Source of the DNA: Glacieibacterium sp.
Lineage (GTDB): Bacteria; Pseudomonadota; Alphaproteobacteria; Sphingomonadales; Sphingomonadaceae
Assembly (NCBI RefSeq): GCF_965200405.1
Contig: NZ_OZ241356.1
Coordinates: 2,186,370-2,250,369 of the forward strand
Reading direction: 5' to 3'
DNA length: 64,000 nt
In this document: positions 33,061 to 43,685 of the stretch, in pieces
Numbering within the stretch: the first letter of the stretch is position 1
How the letters are laid out: each line of letters begins with the position of its first letter
Notes under the pieces: generated by a model
Told to the model about the DNA's origin: nothing
Seen by the model: only the letters and a program-made list of their open reading frames with translations
Databases searched by the model: none
Made by a program: the position numbers and the translations under genes

Positions 33061-33383
33061 TGAGTGCCGCAAAAATCAAGAAGGGCGACAAGGTCGTCGT
33101 CTTGTCCGGTAAGGACAAGGGCAAGCACGGCGTCGTGACGGCTGCCATGCCGAAGACCGGCAAGGTCATCGTCAGCGGTATCAACATGATGACCCGCCAC
33201 AAAAAGGCCAGCCAGACCAACCCGCAGGGCGGTCTCGAGCGTATCGAAGCGGCGATGTTCGTCTGCAAGGTTGCGATCGAGGATCCAACCACGGGCAAGC
33301 CGACGCGCATTGGCTTCAAGATTAACGAAGACGGCAGCAAGGTGCGTATCGCCAAGCGGTCGGGAGCAACGATCGATGGCTGA
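33060..33383 (+). CDS. rplX: 50S ribosomal protein L24
   Basis: [22 protein letters not shown]... Confidence 0.96.
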   Translation: MSAAKIKKGDKVVVLSGKDKGKHGVVTAAMPKTGKVIVSGINMMTRHKKASQTNPQGGLERIEAAMFVCKVAIEDPTTGKPTRIGFKINEDGSKVRIAKRSGATIDG

Positions 33384-33960
33384 TTCGGCAAACCTCACGA
33401 AGATGCAGCGGCTCTACGAAGAGAAGATCCGCGCCGCGATGACCGAGGAGTTCGGTTACACCAACGTCATGCAGGTGCCACGGATCGACAAGATCGTCAT
33501 CAACATGGGCGTCGGTGAAGCCACGCAGGACAAGAAGAAGGTCGACCAGGCCGCCGCTGAAATGGCGCTGATCGCCGGCCAGAAGCCAGTGATCACCAAG
33601 GCCAAGAAGTCGGTCGCGACTTTCAAGCTCCGCGAAGGCATGCCGATCGGCTGCAAGGTGACGCTGCGCCGCGAGAAGATGTACGAGTTCCTCGATCGCC
33701 TGATCACCATCGCACTGCCCCGCGTCCGCGACTTTCGCGGCCTGAACCCCAAGTCCTTCGACGGCCGTGGCAACTATGCCATGGGCCTGAAGGAGCAGCT
33801 GGTGTTCCCGGAAATCAGCTACGACCGGATCGACCAGGTTCGCGGCATGGACGTGATCATCACCACCACGGCGCGTTCGGATGACGAGGCGCGCTCGTTG
33901 CTGAAACTCTTCGGGATGCCGTTCATCGGCATGACCGAGCCGGCGCAGAAGGCGGCCTGA
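33376..33960 (+). CDS. rplE: 50S ribosomal protein L5
   Basis: [47 protein letters not shown]... Confidence 0.96.
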   Translation: MADSANLTKMQRLYEEKIRAAMTEEFGYTNVMQVPRIDKIVINMGVGEATQDKKKVDQAAAEMALIAGQKPVITKAKKSVATFKLREGMPIGCKVTLRREKMYEFLDRLITIALPRVRDFRGLNPKSFDGRGNYAMGLKEQLVFPEISYDRIDQVRGMDVIITTTARSDDEARSLLKLFGMPFIGMTEPAQKAA

Positions 33961-33963
33961 CCG

Positions 33964-34269
33964 ATGGCAAAGCTCTCCTCGATCAAGAAGAACGAGCACC
34001 GCAAGGCGCTGGTCAAGAAGTACGCCCCGAAGTTCGCTGCGCTTAAGGCGATCGCTGCCGACGAAAGCAAGGATGACGGGGAGCGCCTGATGGCCCGCCT
34101 CAAGCAGTCCGAGCTGCCGCGCAATGCTACGCCCGGCCGTGTGCGCAACCGCTGCGAGCTGACCGGCCGTAGCCGCGCTTATTATCGCAAGTTCAAGCTG
34201 TCGCGGATCATGCTCCGGGAGCTGGCCAACAAGGGCCTGATCCCCGGCGTGACCAAGAGCAGCTGGTAA
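33964..34269 (+). CDS. rpsN: 30S ribosomal protein S14
   Basis: [20 protein letters not shown]...[11 protein letters not shown]. Confidence 0.96.
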   Translation: MAKLSSIKKNEHRKALVKKYAPKFAALKAIAADESKDDGERLMARLKQSELPRNATPGRVRNRCELTGRSRAYYRKFKLSRIMLRELANKGLIPGVTKSSW

Positions 34270-34280
34270 GGACTGCCTAG

Positions 34281-34679
34281 ATGTCGATGACCGATCCACT
34301 GGGTGACATGCTCACCCGCATCCGCAACGGCCAGCAGGCGCGCAAGGATTCCGTGCTCACGCCGGCGTCGAAGCTGCGCGCCCGCGTTCTCGACGTGCTT
34401 CAGCGCGAAGGCTATATCCGTGGTTACAGCGACGCGCCCGACGGCTCGGCGACTGCGATCCTGCGGATCGACCTGAAGTATTTCGAAGGCCAGCCCGCCA
34501 TCCAGCACGTCGCCCGCGTGTCGAAGCCCGGCCGCCGCGTTTATTCCGGCGCTGCCGAGATCCCGCGCGTTCGCAACGGTCTGGGTATCATGATTGTCTC
34601 GACGCCCAAGGGTGTTCTGTCCGACGCGGAAGCGCGTGAGCAGAATGTCGGCGGCGAAGTCCTCTGCCAGGTATTCTGA
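34281..34679 (+). CDS. rpsH: 30S ribosomal protein S8
   Basis: [20 protein letters not shown]... Confidence 0.96.
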   Translation: MSMTDPLGDMLTRIRNGQQARKDSVLTPASKLRARVLDVLQREGYIRGYSDAPDGSATAILRIDLKYFEGQPAIQHVARVSKPGRRVYSGAAEIPRVRNGLGIMIVSTPKGVLSDAEAREQNVGGEVLCQVF

Positions 34680-34680
34680 T

Positions 34681-35214
34681 ATGTCGCGCATTGGAAAGAA
34701 GCCGGTCCCGGTACCGGCAAGCGTTACCGCCACGATGGACGGTGGTCAGCTGAGCGTGAAGGGCCCCAAGGGCAGCCTCGCGATGCCGATGGTCGACGAT
34801 ATCTCGTATGTCCTCGAGAACGACGGCATCAGCGTCACGCCAGCAAACGATACCAAGCGCGCCCGGGCCTATTGGGGCTTGCAGCGTACCCTGGTTTCGA
34901 ACCTGATCGTCGGCGTGACGGACGGCTTCACCAAGGTTCTGGAAATCACCGGCGTCGGCTACCGTGCCAACGTCCAGGGTTCCAACCTGAAGCTGCAGCT
35001 TGGCTATAGCCACGACGTCGACTATCCGATCCCGGAAGGCATCACGATCAAGACTCCCGACCAGACGACGGTCGAGATCAGCGGTTCGGATCGCCAGAAG
35101 GTCGGCCAGGTCGCCGCAGAAATCCGCCGCTGGCGCAAGCCGGAGCCTTACAAGGGCAAGGGCATCAAGTACCGCGGCGAGTTCATCTTCCGCAAGGAAG
35201 GGAAGAAGAAGTAA
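34681..35214 (+). CDS. rplF: 50S ribosomal protein L6
   Basis: [31 protein letters not shown]... Confidence 0.96.
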   Translation: MSRIGKKPVPVPASVTATMDGGQLSVKGPKGSLAMPMVDDISYVLENDGISVTPANDTKRARAYWGLQRTLVSNLIVGVTDGFTKVLEITGVGYRANVQGSNLKLQLGYSHDVDYPIPEGITIKTPDQTTVEISGSDRQKVGQVAAEIRRWRKPEPYKGKGIKYRGEFIFRKEGKKK

Positions 35215-35570
35215 TGGGCAAGAACCTCTCCCTCTTCGAACAGCGCCGCCGGCGCGTTCGCACCTCGCTTCGTGCCAAGGGCGGCTCGCGTCCGCGCCTG
35301 TCGATCCACCGCACGTCGCAGCACATGTACGCGCAGATCATCGACGACAGCCTCGGCACCACGGTCGCTGCTGCCTCGACGCTCGAGAAGGACGTCCGCG
35401 ACACCAGCGGCGCGACCTGCAGTTCGGCGACCGAAGTCGGCAAGCGCCTGGCCGAGCGTGCCAAGGCAGCCGGTGTCTCGGCCGTAGTGTTCGACCGCGG
35501 CGGATTTCTGTTTCACGGTCGCGTCAAGGCGCTGGCCGAGGGAGCCCGCGAAGGCGGGTTGGAGTTTTAA
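35214..35570 (+). CDS. rplR: 50S ribosomal protein L18
   Basis: ...[20 protein letters not shown]...[22 protein letters not shown]. Confidence 0.96.
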   Translation: MGKNLSLFEQRRRRVRTSLRAKGGSRPRLSIHRTSQHMYAQIIDDSLGTTVAAASTLEKDVRDTSGATCSSATEVGKRLAERAKAAGVSAVVFDRGGFLFHGRVKALAEGAREGGLEF

Positions 35571-35573
35571 TCG

Positions 35574-36266
35574 ATGGCAGCTGAAACAGCAGGCGCCGGC
35601 CCCAACGCGGGCCGTGGTCCCGGTGGCAATCGCGGCGGTCCTGGTGGCCCCGGCGGCGGTCGTGGACGTCCCGGCAGCGATCGTGGCGGCCGTGGTCGTA
35701 ACGATGGTCGTGGCGGCAGCAGCGATGGCGGCGAAGAGCTCGTCGAAAAGCTGGTCCACATCAACCGCGTCTCCAAGACGGTAAAGGGCGGCAAGCGCTT
35801 CGGTTTTGCGGCGCTGGTCGTCGTCGGTGACGGCAAGGGTCGCGTCGGCTTCGGCCACGGCAAGGCTCGCGAAGTTCCGGAAGCGATCTCCAAGGCGACT
35901 GCCGCTGCGAAGAAGGCGATGATCCGCGTTCCGCTGCGCGATGGCCGTACCCTGCACCACGATGGCTACGGCCACTTCGGCGCCGGCAAGGTCTATGTTC
36001 GCTCGGCATCGCAGGGCACCGGCATCATCGCTGGTGGTCCGATGCGCGCCGTGTTCGAATCGCTGGGCGTGGCAGACGTGGTGACCAAGTCGGTCGGCAC
36101 CAGCAACCCGTACAATATGATCCGCGCGACGTTTGCTGCCCTGGGGCTGCAGACTTCGCCGAAGTCGGTGGCGCAGCGTCGCGGCAAGAAGATTGCCGAC
36201 CTGATGTCGCGCCGTGGTGATGCGTCGTCGCGCACTGCCGAAGCCGACGCCGAAGCGGTTGCGTAA
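35574..36266 (+). CDS. rpsE: 30S ribosomal protein S5 with Gly/Arg-rich N-terminal extension
   Basis: The core is ...[46 protein letters not shown]... It is preceded by ~55 aa of [36 protein letters not shown]. Confidence 0.93.
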   Translation: MAAETAGAGPNAGRGPGGNRGGPGGPGGGRGRPGSDRGGRGRNDGRGGSSDGGEELVEKLVHINRVSKTVKGGKRFGFAALVVVGDGKGRVGFGHGKAREVPEAISKATAAAKKAMIRVPLRDGRTLHHDGYGHFGAGKVYVRSASQGTGIIAGGPMRAVFESLGVADVVTKSVGTSNPYNMIRATFAALGLQTSPKSVAQRRGKKIADLMSRRGDASSRTAEADAEAVA

Positions 36267-36275
36267 GGACCTGAC

Positions 36276-36452
36276 ATGGCTACCGTAAAGATCACCCAGA
36301 CCGGCTCGCACATCCGTCGCCGCCCCGATCAGCAGGCAACGCTGATCGGTCTCGGCCTCAACAAGATGCACCGCACCCGCGAGCTGGAGGATACCCCTTC
36401 AGTCCGTGGCATGATCCGCAAGGTCGCGCATCTTATCACGATCGAGAGCTAG
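36276..36452 (+). CDS. rpmD: 50S ribosomal protein L30
   Basis: Hand translated, because it is too short for the ORF track: [58 protein letters not shown]. It lies between rpsE and rplO. Confidence 0.9.
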   Translation: MATVKITQTGSHIRRRPDQQATLIGLGLNKMHRTRELEDTPSVRGMIRKVAHLITIES

Positions 36453-36508
36453 AACTTTCGCGCCCGCTTCGGCGGGCGTCCCCATCCGCGCGACTAAAGC
36501 GAAAGCGA

Positions 36509-37060
36509 GTGCACAGCATGAAACTGAACGATCTCCGAGATAATCCAGGCGCCCGCAAGTCGCGCGTCCGTGTCGGCCGTGGTATCGGCTCCGGCGTCGG
36601 CAAGACTGCCGGTCGCGGCCAGAAGGGCCAGAAGAGCCGTTCGGGCGTCAGCATTGCCGGCTTCGAAGGCGGCCAGATGCCGCTCCACATGCGGCTGCCG
36701 AAGCGCGGCTTCAACAACGTCTTCCGCAAGTATTTCGCCGAAGTTAACCTCGGCACGCTGCAGATCGCCGTCGATGCCGGAAAGATCAATGGCGACACCG
36801 TTCTCGACGGCGCGGCACTGGTTGCCGCCGGGGTCATCAGCCACGCTCGCGAAGGCGTCCGCCTGCTCGCCAAGGGCACGCTGACCACGCCGCTCAAGCT
36901 CAAGCTGACCGGTGCCAGTGCTGCCGCGAAGGCCGCCCTCGAGGCGATCGGCGGCACTCTCGAACTGCCGGCACCGAAGCCCGAGCCGATCAGCCGCGAC
37001 GACCAGAAGGTCAACCGCGCCGCTGCCCGGGCGGCCAAGGCGAGCGCCGCCAAGGCATAA
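36509..37060 (+). CDS. rplO: 50S ribosomal protein L15
   Basis: [43 protein letters not shown]... Confidence 0.96.
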   Translation: MHSMKLNDLRDNPGARKSRVRVGRGIGSGVGKTAGRGQKGQKSRSGVSIAGFEGGQMPLHMRLPKRGFNNVFRKYFAEVNLGTLQIAVDAGKINGDTVLDGAALVAAGVISHAREGVRLLAKGTLTTPLKLKLTGASAAAKAALEAIGGTLELPAPKPEPISRDDQKVNRAAARAAKASAAKA

Positions 37061-37067
37061 GTCATCC

Positions 37068-37090
37068 GGCCCGCCCCAACCGGGCGGGCC
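37068..37090 (+). promoter_or_regulatory. GC-rich hairpin between rplO and secY (possible attenuator or processing site)
   Basis: GGCCCGCCC (37068-37076) pairs with GGGCGGGCC (37082-37090). It is followed only by the weak T tract GATTGCTTTCC. Confidence 0.4.
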
Positions 37091-37179
37091 GATTGCTTTC
37101 CGGCATGGCGCTATCGTTTGCCCATGCCTATCTAGGCCGTCGAGCCCCTGGCGTTGGGGTCGAGTGGGTGGGAACGTAA

Positions 37180-38532
37180 ATGGCGTCACAAGCGCAACAG
37201 ATGGCCGCGCAGCTCAGCTTCGCGAACTTCTCCAAAGCAACTGAACTCAAGAAGCGCCTGTGGTTCACCCTGGGCGCGCTGATCGTTTTCCGACTGGTGT
37301 CCTTTGTGCCGCTGCCGGGTGTCGATCCGACGGCGCTCGGTTCGCTGTTCAACAGCACCAAGGGCGGCGCGATCGACTTCTTCAACATGTTCTCGGGCGG
37401 CGCCTTGCAGCGCATGTCGTTGATTGCGCTCGGCGTGACGCCGTACATCACCGCCTCGATCATCATCCAGTTGATGACCAGCCTCGTGCCGGCCCTCGCC
37501 AGCCTGAAGAAGGAAGGTGAGTCCGGCCGCAAGAAGCTCAACCAGTACACGCGCTACGGCACCGTGCTGCTGACCGCTATCCAGGGCTACGGCATCGCTG
37601 TCGGCCTCGAGAGCTGGGGCGCCGGCACCGGCGCCAGCGCAGTGATCGATCCGGGCTGGTTCTTCCGCGTCACCACAGTGATCACGCTGATCGGCGGCAC
37701 GATGTTTCTGATGTGGCTGGGTGAGCAGATCACCAGCCGCGGTATCGGCAACGGTATTTCGCTGATCATCATGGCCGGCATCGTCGCGCATCTTCCCGTC
37801 GCACTCGGCCAGTTGTTCGAGCGCAGCCGCACCGGCGACCTGTCGGGTGGGTTCTTGGTCCTGGTCGCCGTCGTGGCGCTGGCAACGATCGCCTTCATCT
37901 GCCTGATGGAGCGGGCGCAGCGGCGAATATTGATCCAATATCCAAAGCGCCAGGTCGGTACCAAGCAGTTCCAGGGCGACAGCTCGCACCTGCCACTGAA
38001 GATCAACACCGCCGGCGTCATCCCGCCAATCTTCGCCTCGTCGCTGCTGCTGATGCCGCTGACGGTCGCGCAGTTCGCCGGCCGCACCGGCAACGGTCCC
38101 GATTGGCTGCTGACGATCACCACGGCGCTCCAGCACGGCGCGCCGCTGTATATGCTGCTCTACGCAGCCGGCATCATCTTCTTCAGCTTCTTCTACACGG
38201 CCGTCGTCTTCAATCCCGAGGAGACCGCCGAGAACCTCAAGAAGTACGGCGGCTTCATTCCCGGCATCCGTCCAGGCGTGCGGACCTCCGAGTACCTCGA
38301 TTACGTGCTGACGCGCATCACCGTCATCGGTGCCGCCTATCTGACCGTGATCTGCCTGCTGCCGGAATTCCTGTCCTCGCAGATGGGCACCGGGCTGGCG
38401 CTCGGCGGAACGTCCTTGCTCATCGTCGTCAATGTGACCATGGATACCGTAGCGCAGATCCAGTCACACCTGCTCGCGCATCAATATGAGGGGCTCATCA
38501 AGAAGTCCAAGCTGAGGGGAAATCGTCGTTGA
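37180..38532 (+). CDS. secY: Preprotein translocase subunit SecY
   Basis: 450-aa polytopic protein (...ALGVTPYITASIIIQLMT...GGTSLLIVV...) in the conserved position after rplO. Confidence 0.96.
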   Translation: MASQAQQMAAQLSFANFSKATELKKRLWFTLGALIVFRLVSFVPLPGVDPTALGSLFNSTKGGAIDFFNMFSGGALQRMSLIALGVTPYITASIIIQLMTSLVPALASLKKEGESGRKKLNQYTRYGTVLLTAIQGYGIAVGLESWGAGTGASAVIDPGWFFRVTTVITLIGGTMFLMWLGEQITSRGIGNGISLIIMAGIVAHLPVALGQLFERSRTGDLSGGFLVLVAVVALATIAFICLMERAQRRILIQYPKRQVGTKQFQGDSSHLPLKINTAGVIPPIFASSLLLMPLTVAQFAGRTGNGPDWLLTITTALQHGAPLYMLLYAAGIIFFSFFYTAVVFNPEETAENLKKYGGFIPGIRPGVRTSEYLDYVLTRITVIGAAYLTVICLLPEFLSSQMGTGLALGGTSLLIVVNVTMDTVAQIQSHLLAHQYEGLIKKSKLRGNRR

Positions 38533-39179
38533 TCATCCTTGTTCTGCTTGGGCCTCCGGGCGCGGGCAAGGGCACTCAGGCGCAACGGCTGACGGCCGAG
38601 CGTGGACTGGTGCAGCTATCGACGGGTGACATGCTGCGGGCCGCGGTAAAAGCCGGCTCGCCGCTGGGCCAGCGCGCCAAGGCAGTAATGGACGCCGGCG
38701 AGCTGGTCTCGGACGACATCGTCAACGGCCTGATCGGTGAGCGTCTCGACGTGCCGGCGGATCACCCGGGCTTCATCCTCGACGGCTATCCGCGAACCCG
38801 GGCCCAGGCCGAGGCGCTCGACGCGATGCTCGGCGCCAAGGGCCTGCACGTCGACAAGGTCGTCGAGCTGGTCGTCGACGAGGACGCGCTGGTCGACCGG
38901 ATCACCGGACGTTTCACCTGCGCCAATTGCGGCGAGGGCTATCACAACCGCTACAAGCTGCCCAAGGTCGCAGACACCTGCGACGTCTGCGGCTCGCACG
39001 ACTTCAAGCGTCGCATCGACGACAATGAGGCGACGGTCCGCACCCGGATGGCGGAATACCGCGCCAAGACTGCGCCGATCCTGCCCTATTACGACGCCAA
39101 GCACATCGTTGCGCGCGTTGACGGCATGGCCAGCATGGCCGTTGTCGGTGCCGCGATCGACGCGGTCCTGCCTGGGTGA
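38529..39179 (+). CDS. adk: Adenylate kinase
   Basis: (TTG start)IILVLLGPPGAGKGTQAQRL..., with the zinc-lid CANCGEGYH...CDVCG. It overlaps secY by 4 nt. Confidence 0.93.
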   Translation: MIILVLLGPPGAGKGTQAQRLTAERGLVQLSTGDMLRAAVKAGSPLGQRAKAVMDAGELVSDDIVNGLIGERLDVPADHPGFILDGYPRTRAQAEALDAMLGAKGLHVDKVVELVVDEDALVDRITGRFTCANCGEGYHNRYKLPKVADTCDVCGSHDFKRRIDDNEATVRTRMAEYRAKTAPILPYYDAKHIVARVDGMASMAVVGAAIDAVLPG

Positions 39180-39210
39180 AATCGTCGGTCGGATGTGATA
39201 GGCGTGCGGT

Positions 39211-39795
39211 ATGAACGTACGCCTCGATCATCCGCTGGCACGGTCGGACGACACCCGACTTCTGGTGTTCGACGCCGACCTGTACAAGCGGCTGACCTTG
39301 GCCGGGGCGTTTGTCGATGCCGGGCGTGTCGAACTCATCGACGGGGTAATCATACAGATGAACGCGCAGGCGGTGCCGCACATGCGCGTCAAGGGCGACC
39401 TGGCTTATCGCCTGCGCCGGGCGATCGATGATCTGGGCCTTTCTCTGAGGGTCGATCAGGAAGGCTCGGTGCAACTGTCGAACATGAGCGTGCCTGAGCC
39501 CGATATCCTGATCTGGGACGGCGTCGCCACGACTGGCTTTGTCGACGGCCGCAGTGTCGTGCTGATCGTCGAGGTAGCGGATACTACGTTGGCGAAAGAC
39601 CTGACGCTGAAGGCTGAACTCTACGCGGCCGCAGGTGTGCCCGAGTATTGGATCGCCGACGTCAATGGGCGGGCGATCCACCGTTACAGTAGTGCTCGGG
39701 AAGACGGGTACGGCGCACGCGCGATATTTCGGTTCGGCGAACAGATCGACAGCGTTGCAATCCCGGGACTTGGCATAGATCTCGGGGATCTGTAG
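39211..39795 (+). CDS. Uma2 family (DUF820) PD-(D/E)xK endonuclease-like protein
   Basis: 194 aa with ...VELIDGVIIQMNAQAVPH..., ...EPDILIWDG..., ...VLIVEVADTTLAKDLTLKAELYAAAGVPEYWIADVNGRAIHRY. This matches the Uma2 motif layout. Confidence 0.8.
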   Translation: MNVRLDHPLARSDDTRLLVFDADLYKRLTLAGAFVDAGRVELIDGVIIQMNAQAVPHMRVKGDLAYRLRRAIDDLGLSLRVDQEGSVQLSNMSVPEPDILIWDGVATTGFVDGRSVVLIVEVADTTLAKDLTLKAELYAAAGVPEYWIADVNGRAIHRYSSAREDGYGARAIFRFGEQIDSVAIPGLGIDLGDL

Positions 39796-39825
39796 CGATC
39801 CCGCGGGAAAGATCCATGCCCGAGC

Positions 39826-39854
39826 TTGACATTACGGGATTCGCTGCCTAGCTA
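39826..39854 (+). promoter_or_regulatory. Candidate sigma70-type promoter of the alpha operon (rpsM-rpsK-rpoA-rplQ)
   Basis: TTGACA (39826-39831), a 17-nt spacer and TAGCTA (39849-39854) lie ~115 nt upstream of rpsM. Confidence 0.5.
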
Positions 39855-39968
39855 CCCTGCTTCCGAATGAACGGATGAACTCACCGGGATGCCCTCTGGC
39901 TTTCCGGTGTCACGCTTTGAGATGGACCACTTAGCCCGAGTGGACCGTGGAGCCTGGGAGACCAATCT

Positions 39969-40337
39969 GTGGCACGTATCGCGGGTATCAACATCCCGAC
40001 CAACAAGCGCGTCGAGATCGCGCTGACTTACATTCACGGCATCGGGCGCACCAAGGCGCTCGGGATCGTCACCGAACTCGGCTTCCCACGCGAGCGTCGC
40101 GTCCAGGACCTGACCGACGCCGAGGTGCTGCAGATCCGCGAGAAGATCGACAAGGACATGACGGTCGAGGGTGACCTTCGCCGCCAGACCGCGATGAACA
40201 TCAAGCGCCTGATGGACCTCGCCTGCTATCGTGGCCTGCGCCACCGTCGCGGCCTGCCGGTCCGCGGTCAGCGCACCCACACCAACGCCCGTACCCGCAA
40301 GGGCAAGGCCAAGCCGATCGCCGGCAAGAAGAAGTAA
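39969..40337 (+). CDS. rpsM: 30S ribosomal protein S13
   Basis: (GTG start)[25 protein letters not shown]... Confidence 0.96.
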   Translation: MARIAGINIPTNKRVEIALTYIHGIGRTKALGIVTELGFPRERRVQDLTDAEVLQIREKIDKDMTVEGDLRRQTAMNIKRLMDLACYRGLRHRRGLPVRGQRTHTNARTRKGKAKPIAGKKK

Positions 40338-40406
40338 CGAACTACGCTCATCGCGTAATTCCGCTCATTTTCAGTCCGACAGCTTAGCCTTTCAAGGAAC
40401 GATCCG

Positions 40407-40796
40407 ATGGCCCGTGAACCAGCCCGCATCAAGCGCCGCGAGCGCAAGAACATCACCTCCGGCGTTGCCCATGTGAACGCCAGCTTCAACAACACGATGA
40501 TCACCATCACCGACGCGCAGGGCAATGCGATTGCCTGGTCGTCGGCCGGCACGATGGGCTTCAAGGGCTCGCGCAAGTCGACGCCGTACGCCGCCCAGAT
40601 GGCTGCCGAAGACGCCGGCAAGAAGGCCGCCGAGCACGGCGTCCGCACTCTCGAAGTCGAAGTCCGCGGCCCCGGTTCGGGTCGTGAGTCGGCCCTGCGC
40701 GCGCTGCAGGCCGTCGGCTTCAACATCACGGCAATCCGCGATGTCACCCCAATCCCGCACAACGGCGTTCGTCCGCCGAAGCGCCGTCGCGTCTGA
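40407..40796 (+). CDS. rpsK: 30S ribosomal protein S11
   Basis: ...[36 protein letters not shown]... Confidence 0.96.
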   Translation: MAREPARIKRRERKNITSGVAHVNASFNNTMITITDAQGNAIAWSSAGTMGFKGSRKSTPYAAQMAAEDAGKKAAEHGVRTLEVEVRGPGSGRESALRALQAVGFNITAIRDVTPIPHNGVRPPKRRRV

Positions 40797-40895
40797 CGCT
40801 GCCCTTGCTGCCGGCTGAATCCGCCGGCAGCACTCAAAGATTTACGGATGCGCGGGTGACGATCCGCTGCGTCCCAGCTTCCCGAGGTGGAAAAA

Positions 40896-41951
<1,056 letters not shown>

Positions 41952-41966
41952 GCGCCGGTCGCCGGA

Positions 41967-42007
41967 CGATAACGGGAAATTTGCACTTCGCGAATTTCAC
42001 GTTATCG
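41967..42007 (+). promoter_or_regulatory. AT-rich 15-bp-stem hairpin in the rpoA-rplQ spacer
   Basis: CGATAACGGGAAATT (41967-41981) pairs with AATTTCACGTTATCG (41993-42007) with one mismatch and an 11-nt loop. Confidence 0.5.
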
Positions 42008-42086
42008 ACCGGGACGACCAAGCGCGGCCGGCGGGTGCAACCCGACCGACGACGCGGCTTTGCCGCGGCGCTAATGACGGAAACTG

Positions 42087-42108
42087 GGCCGCGCAATCCT
42101 GCGCGGCC
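42087..42108 (+). promoter_or_regulatory. Perfect 9-bp GC hairpin in the rpoA-rplQ spacer
   Basis: GGCCGCGCA (42087-42095) and TGCGCGGCC (42100-42108) flank loop ATCC. No U tract follows. Confidence 0.5.
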
Positions 42109-42155
42109 TGCTCCGGGGTACCTGACACGGCCCCCGAACGAACAAGGACAGACAC

Positions 42156-42569
42156 ATGCGTCACGGTAATTCCAATCGCAAGCTCGGCCGGACGACCAGC
42201 CACCGCCTCGCGATGTTCAAGAACATGGCCGCCTCGCTGATCAAGCACGAGCAGATCACGACGACGCTGCCCAAGGCTCGCGAAATCCGCCCGTACGTCG
42301 AAAAGCTGGTGACGCTCGCCAAGGTCGGTGGCTTGTCGAACCGCCGTCTCGCCGATGCGCGCCTCAAGGACGATGTCCAGCTGACCAAGCTGTTCGACGT
42401 GCTGGCCGTGCGTTACGCGGATCGTCCAGGCGGCTACATCCGTATCGTCAAGGCCGGTATCCGCCGCTCGGACGCGACCCCGATGGCGATCGTCGAGTTC
42501 GTCGAGCGCGACACCTCGGCCAAGGGCCAGGACAGCGGTCCGGTCGAAAGCTTCGACGACGCCGCCTGA
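42156..42569 (+). CDS. rplQ: 50S ribosomal protein L17
   Basis: [25 protein letters not shown]... Confidence 0.96.
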   Translation: MRHGNSNRKLGRTTSHRLAMFKNMAASLIKHEQITTTLPKAREIRPYVEKLVTLAKVGGLSNRRLADARLKDDVQLTKLFDVLAVRYADRPGGYIRIVKAGIRRSDATPMAIVEFVERDTSAKGQDSGPVESFDDAA

Positions 42570-42585
42570 TTCGGGAGTGGGCGAG

Positions 42586-43020
42586 ATGGCACAGCCGCCG
42601 TATCGCCCACGCTCTGCCTATCGGGCCTATCGCTCCATCCCGACGCGCTGGATGGACAACGACGTTTACGGGCACGTCAACAACGTCGTCTATTACAGCT
42701 GGTTCGACACCGCGGTGAACGCGTACCTGGTCGAGGCCGGGCTGCTCGACATCAAGGACGGCCCGCTGATCGGCCTGGTTGCCGAGACTGGCTGCCGCTA
42801 CGCCCGCTCCTTCGCCTTCCCCGAGACCGTCGAGGCCGGGATCCGTGTCGCTCACATCGGCACGTCGAGCGTCAGGTTCGAGGTCGGGCTGTTCGCGGCA
42901 GGCCAGCAGACCGCTGCCGCCGAGGGCTTTTTCGTCCATGTCTATGTCGACCGCGGCAGCCGTCGACCGATGCCGCTGCCTCCCGAATGGCGTGCCGGAC
43001 TGGCGCTGATCGCCGCCTGA
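42586..43020 (+). CDS. Acyl-CoA thioesterase, hotdog fold (4HBT/YbgC-like)
   Basis: ...IPTRWMDNDVYGHVNNVVYYSWFDTAVNAYL... is typical of 4HBT thioesterases. The start is ATG 42586 or GTG 42577. Confidence 0.8.
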   Translation: MAQPPYRPRSAYRAYRSIPTRWMDNDVYGHVNNVVYYSWFDTAVNAYLVEAGLLDIKDGPLIGLVAETGCRYARSFAFPETVEAGIRVAHIGTSSVRFEVGLFAAGQQTAAAEGFFVHVYVDRGSRRPMPLPPEWRAGLALIAA

Positions 43021-43080
43021 CCCGGTTCATCGCGGGTACAATGTGTCCTGTCTAGATAGGGCACAACAAGGAGCACTTCG

Positions 43081-43626
43081 ATGAGCATCGGTTTCCGCAT
43101 CGCTTCGGGCCTGGCACTGTCGCTGGCACTGGTCAGCGCCCCGCTGTCGGCGCGCGATTATTATCGTGGCGGCTATCACCATTATCATCGCGGTGGCGGC
43201 GGTATCGGCCTGGGCGGCGCACTGCTCGGTGCAGCGATCATCGGCGGCGTCGCGATCGCTGCCTCGAACAGCAACAACAACCGCCAGCGCGTCTACGAGC
43301 AGGGCTATGACCCCAACACCGGCGGCGAGTACCGCAGCTATGGCGGCGTCCAGAGCTATGGCGGGCAGGGCGGCCCCGGCTATGACGACCAGCAGGCGCA
43401 GAACGGCGACCCGGTCGAGGCCTGCTCGCGCGCGGCAGAGCGCGAGGCGCAGAACGGCGGCGGCTTCGCGCGCGTCGCCGGGATCGACCGCGTCGACAAT
43501 ATTCGCGGCGGTGTCCGCGTCCGCGGCTCGGTCGACATCAATGGCGGCGACCGCTCGCCGAGCCAGCGCGTGCCGTTCACCTGCAGCGCTGCCTATGGCG
43601 ACATCACCGACCTGCGCCTCGGCTAA
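43081..43626 (+). CDS. Secreted/membrane-anchored Gly-rich protein of unknown function
   Basis: It has a signal peptide ([24 protein letters not shown]), a Gly-zipper hydrophobic segment ([24 protein letters not shown]), a Gly/Tyr/Gln-rich stretch and a C-terminal ~70-aa domain with two Cys. No family was recognised. Confidence 0.6.
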   Translation: MSIGFRIASGLALSLALVSAPLSARDYYRGGYHHYHRGGGGIGLGGALLGAAIIGGVAIAASNSNNNRQRVYEQGYDPNTGGEYRSYGGVQSYGGQGGPGYDDQQAQNGDPVEACSRAAEREAQNGGGFARVAGIDRVDNIRGGVRVRGSVDINGGDRSPSQRVPFTCSAAYGDITDLRLG

Positions 43627-43685
43627 ACTGGACTCGGACGGGATGCGTGCCTAGACCGCGCGCATCCCCGTATCGAAAGCGCCCA

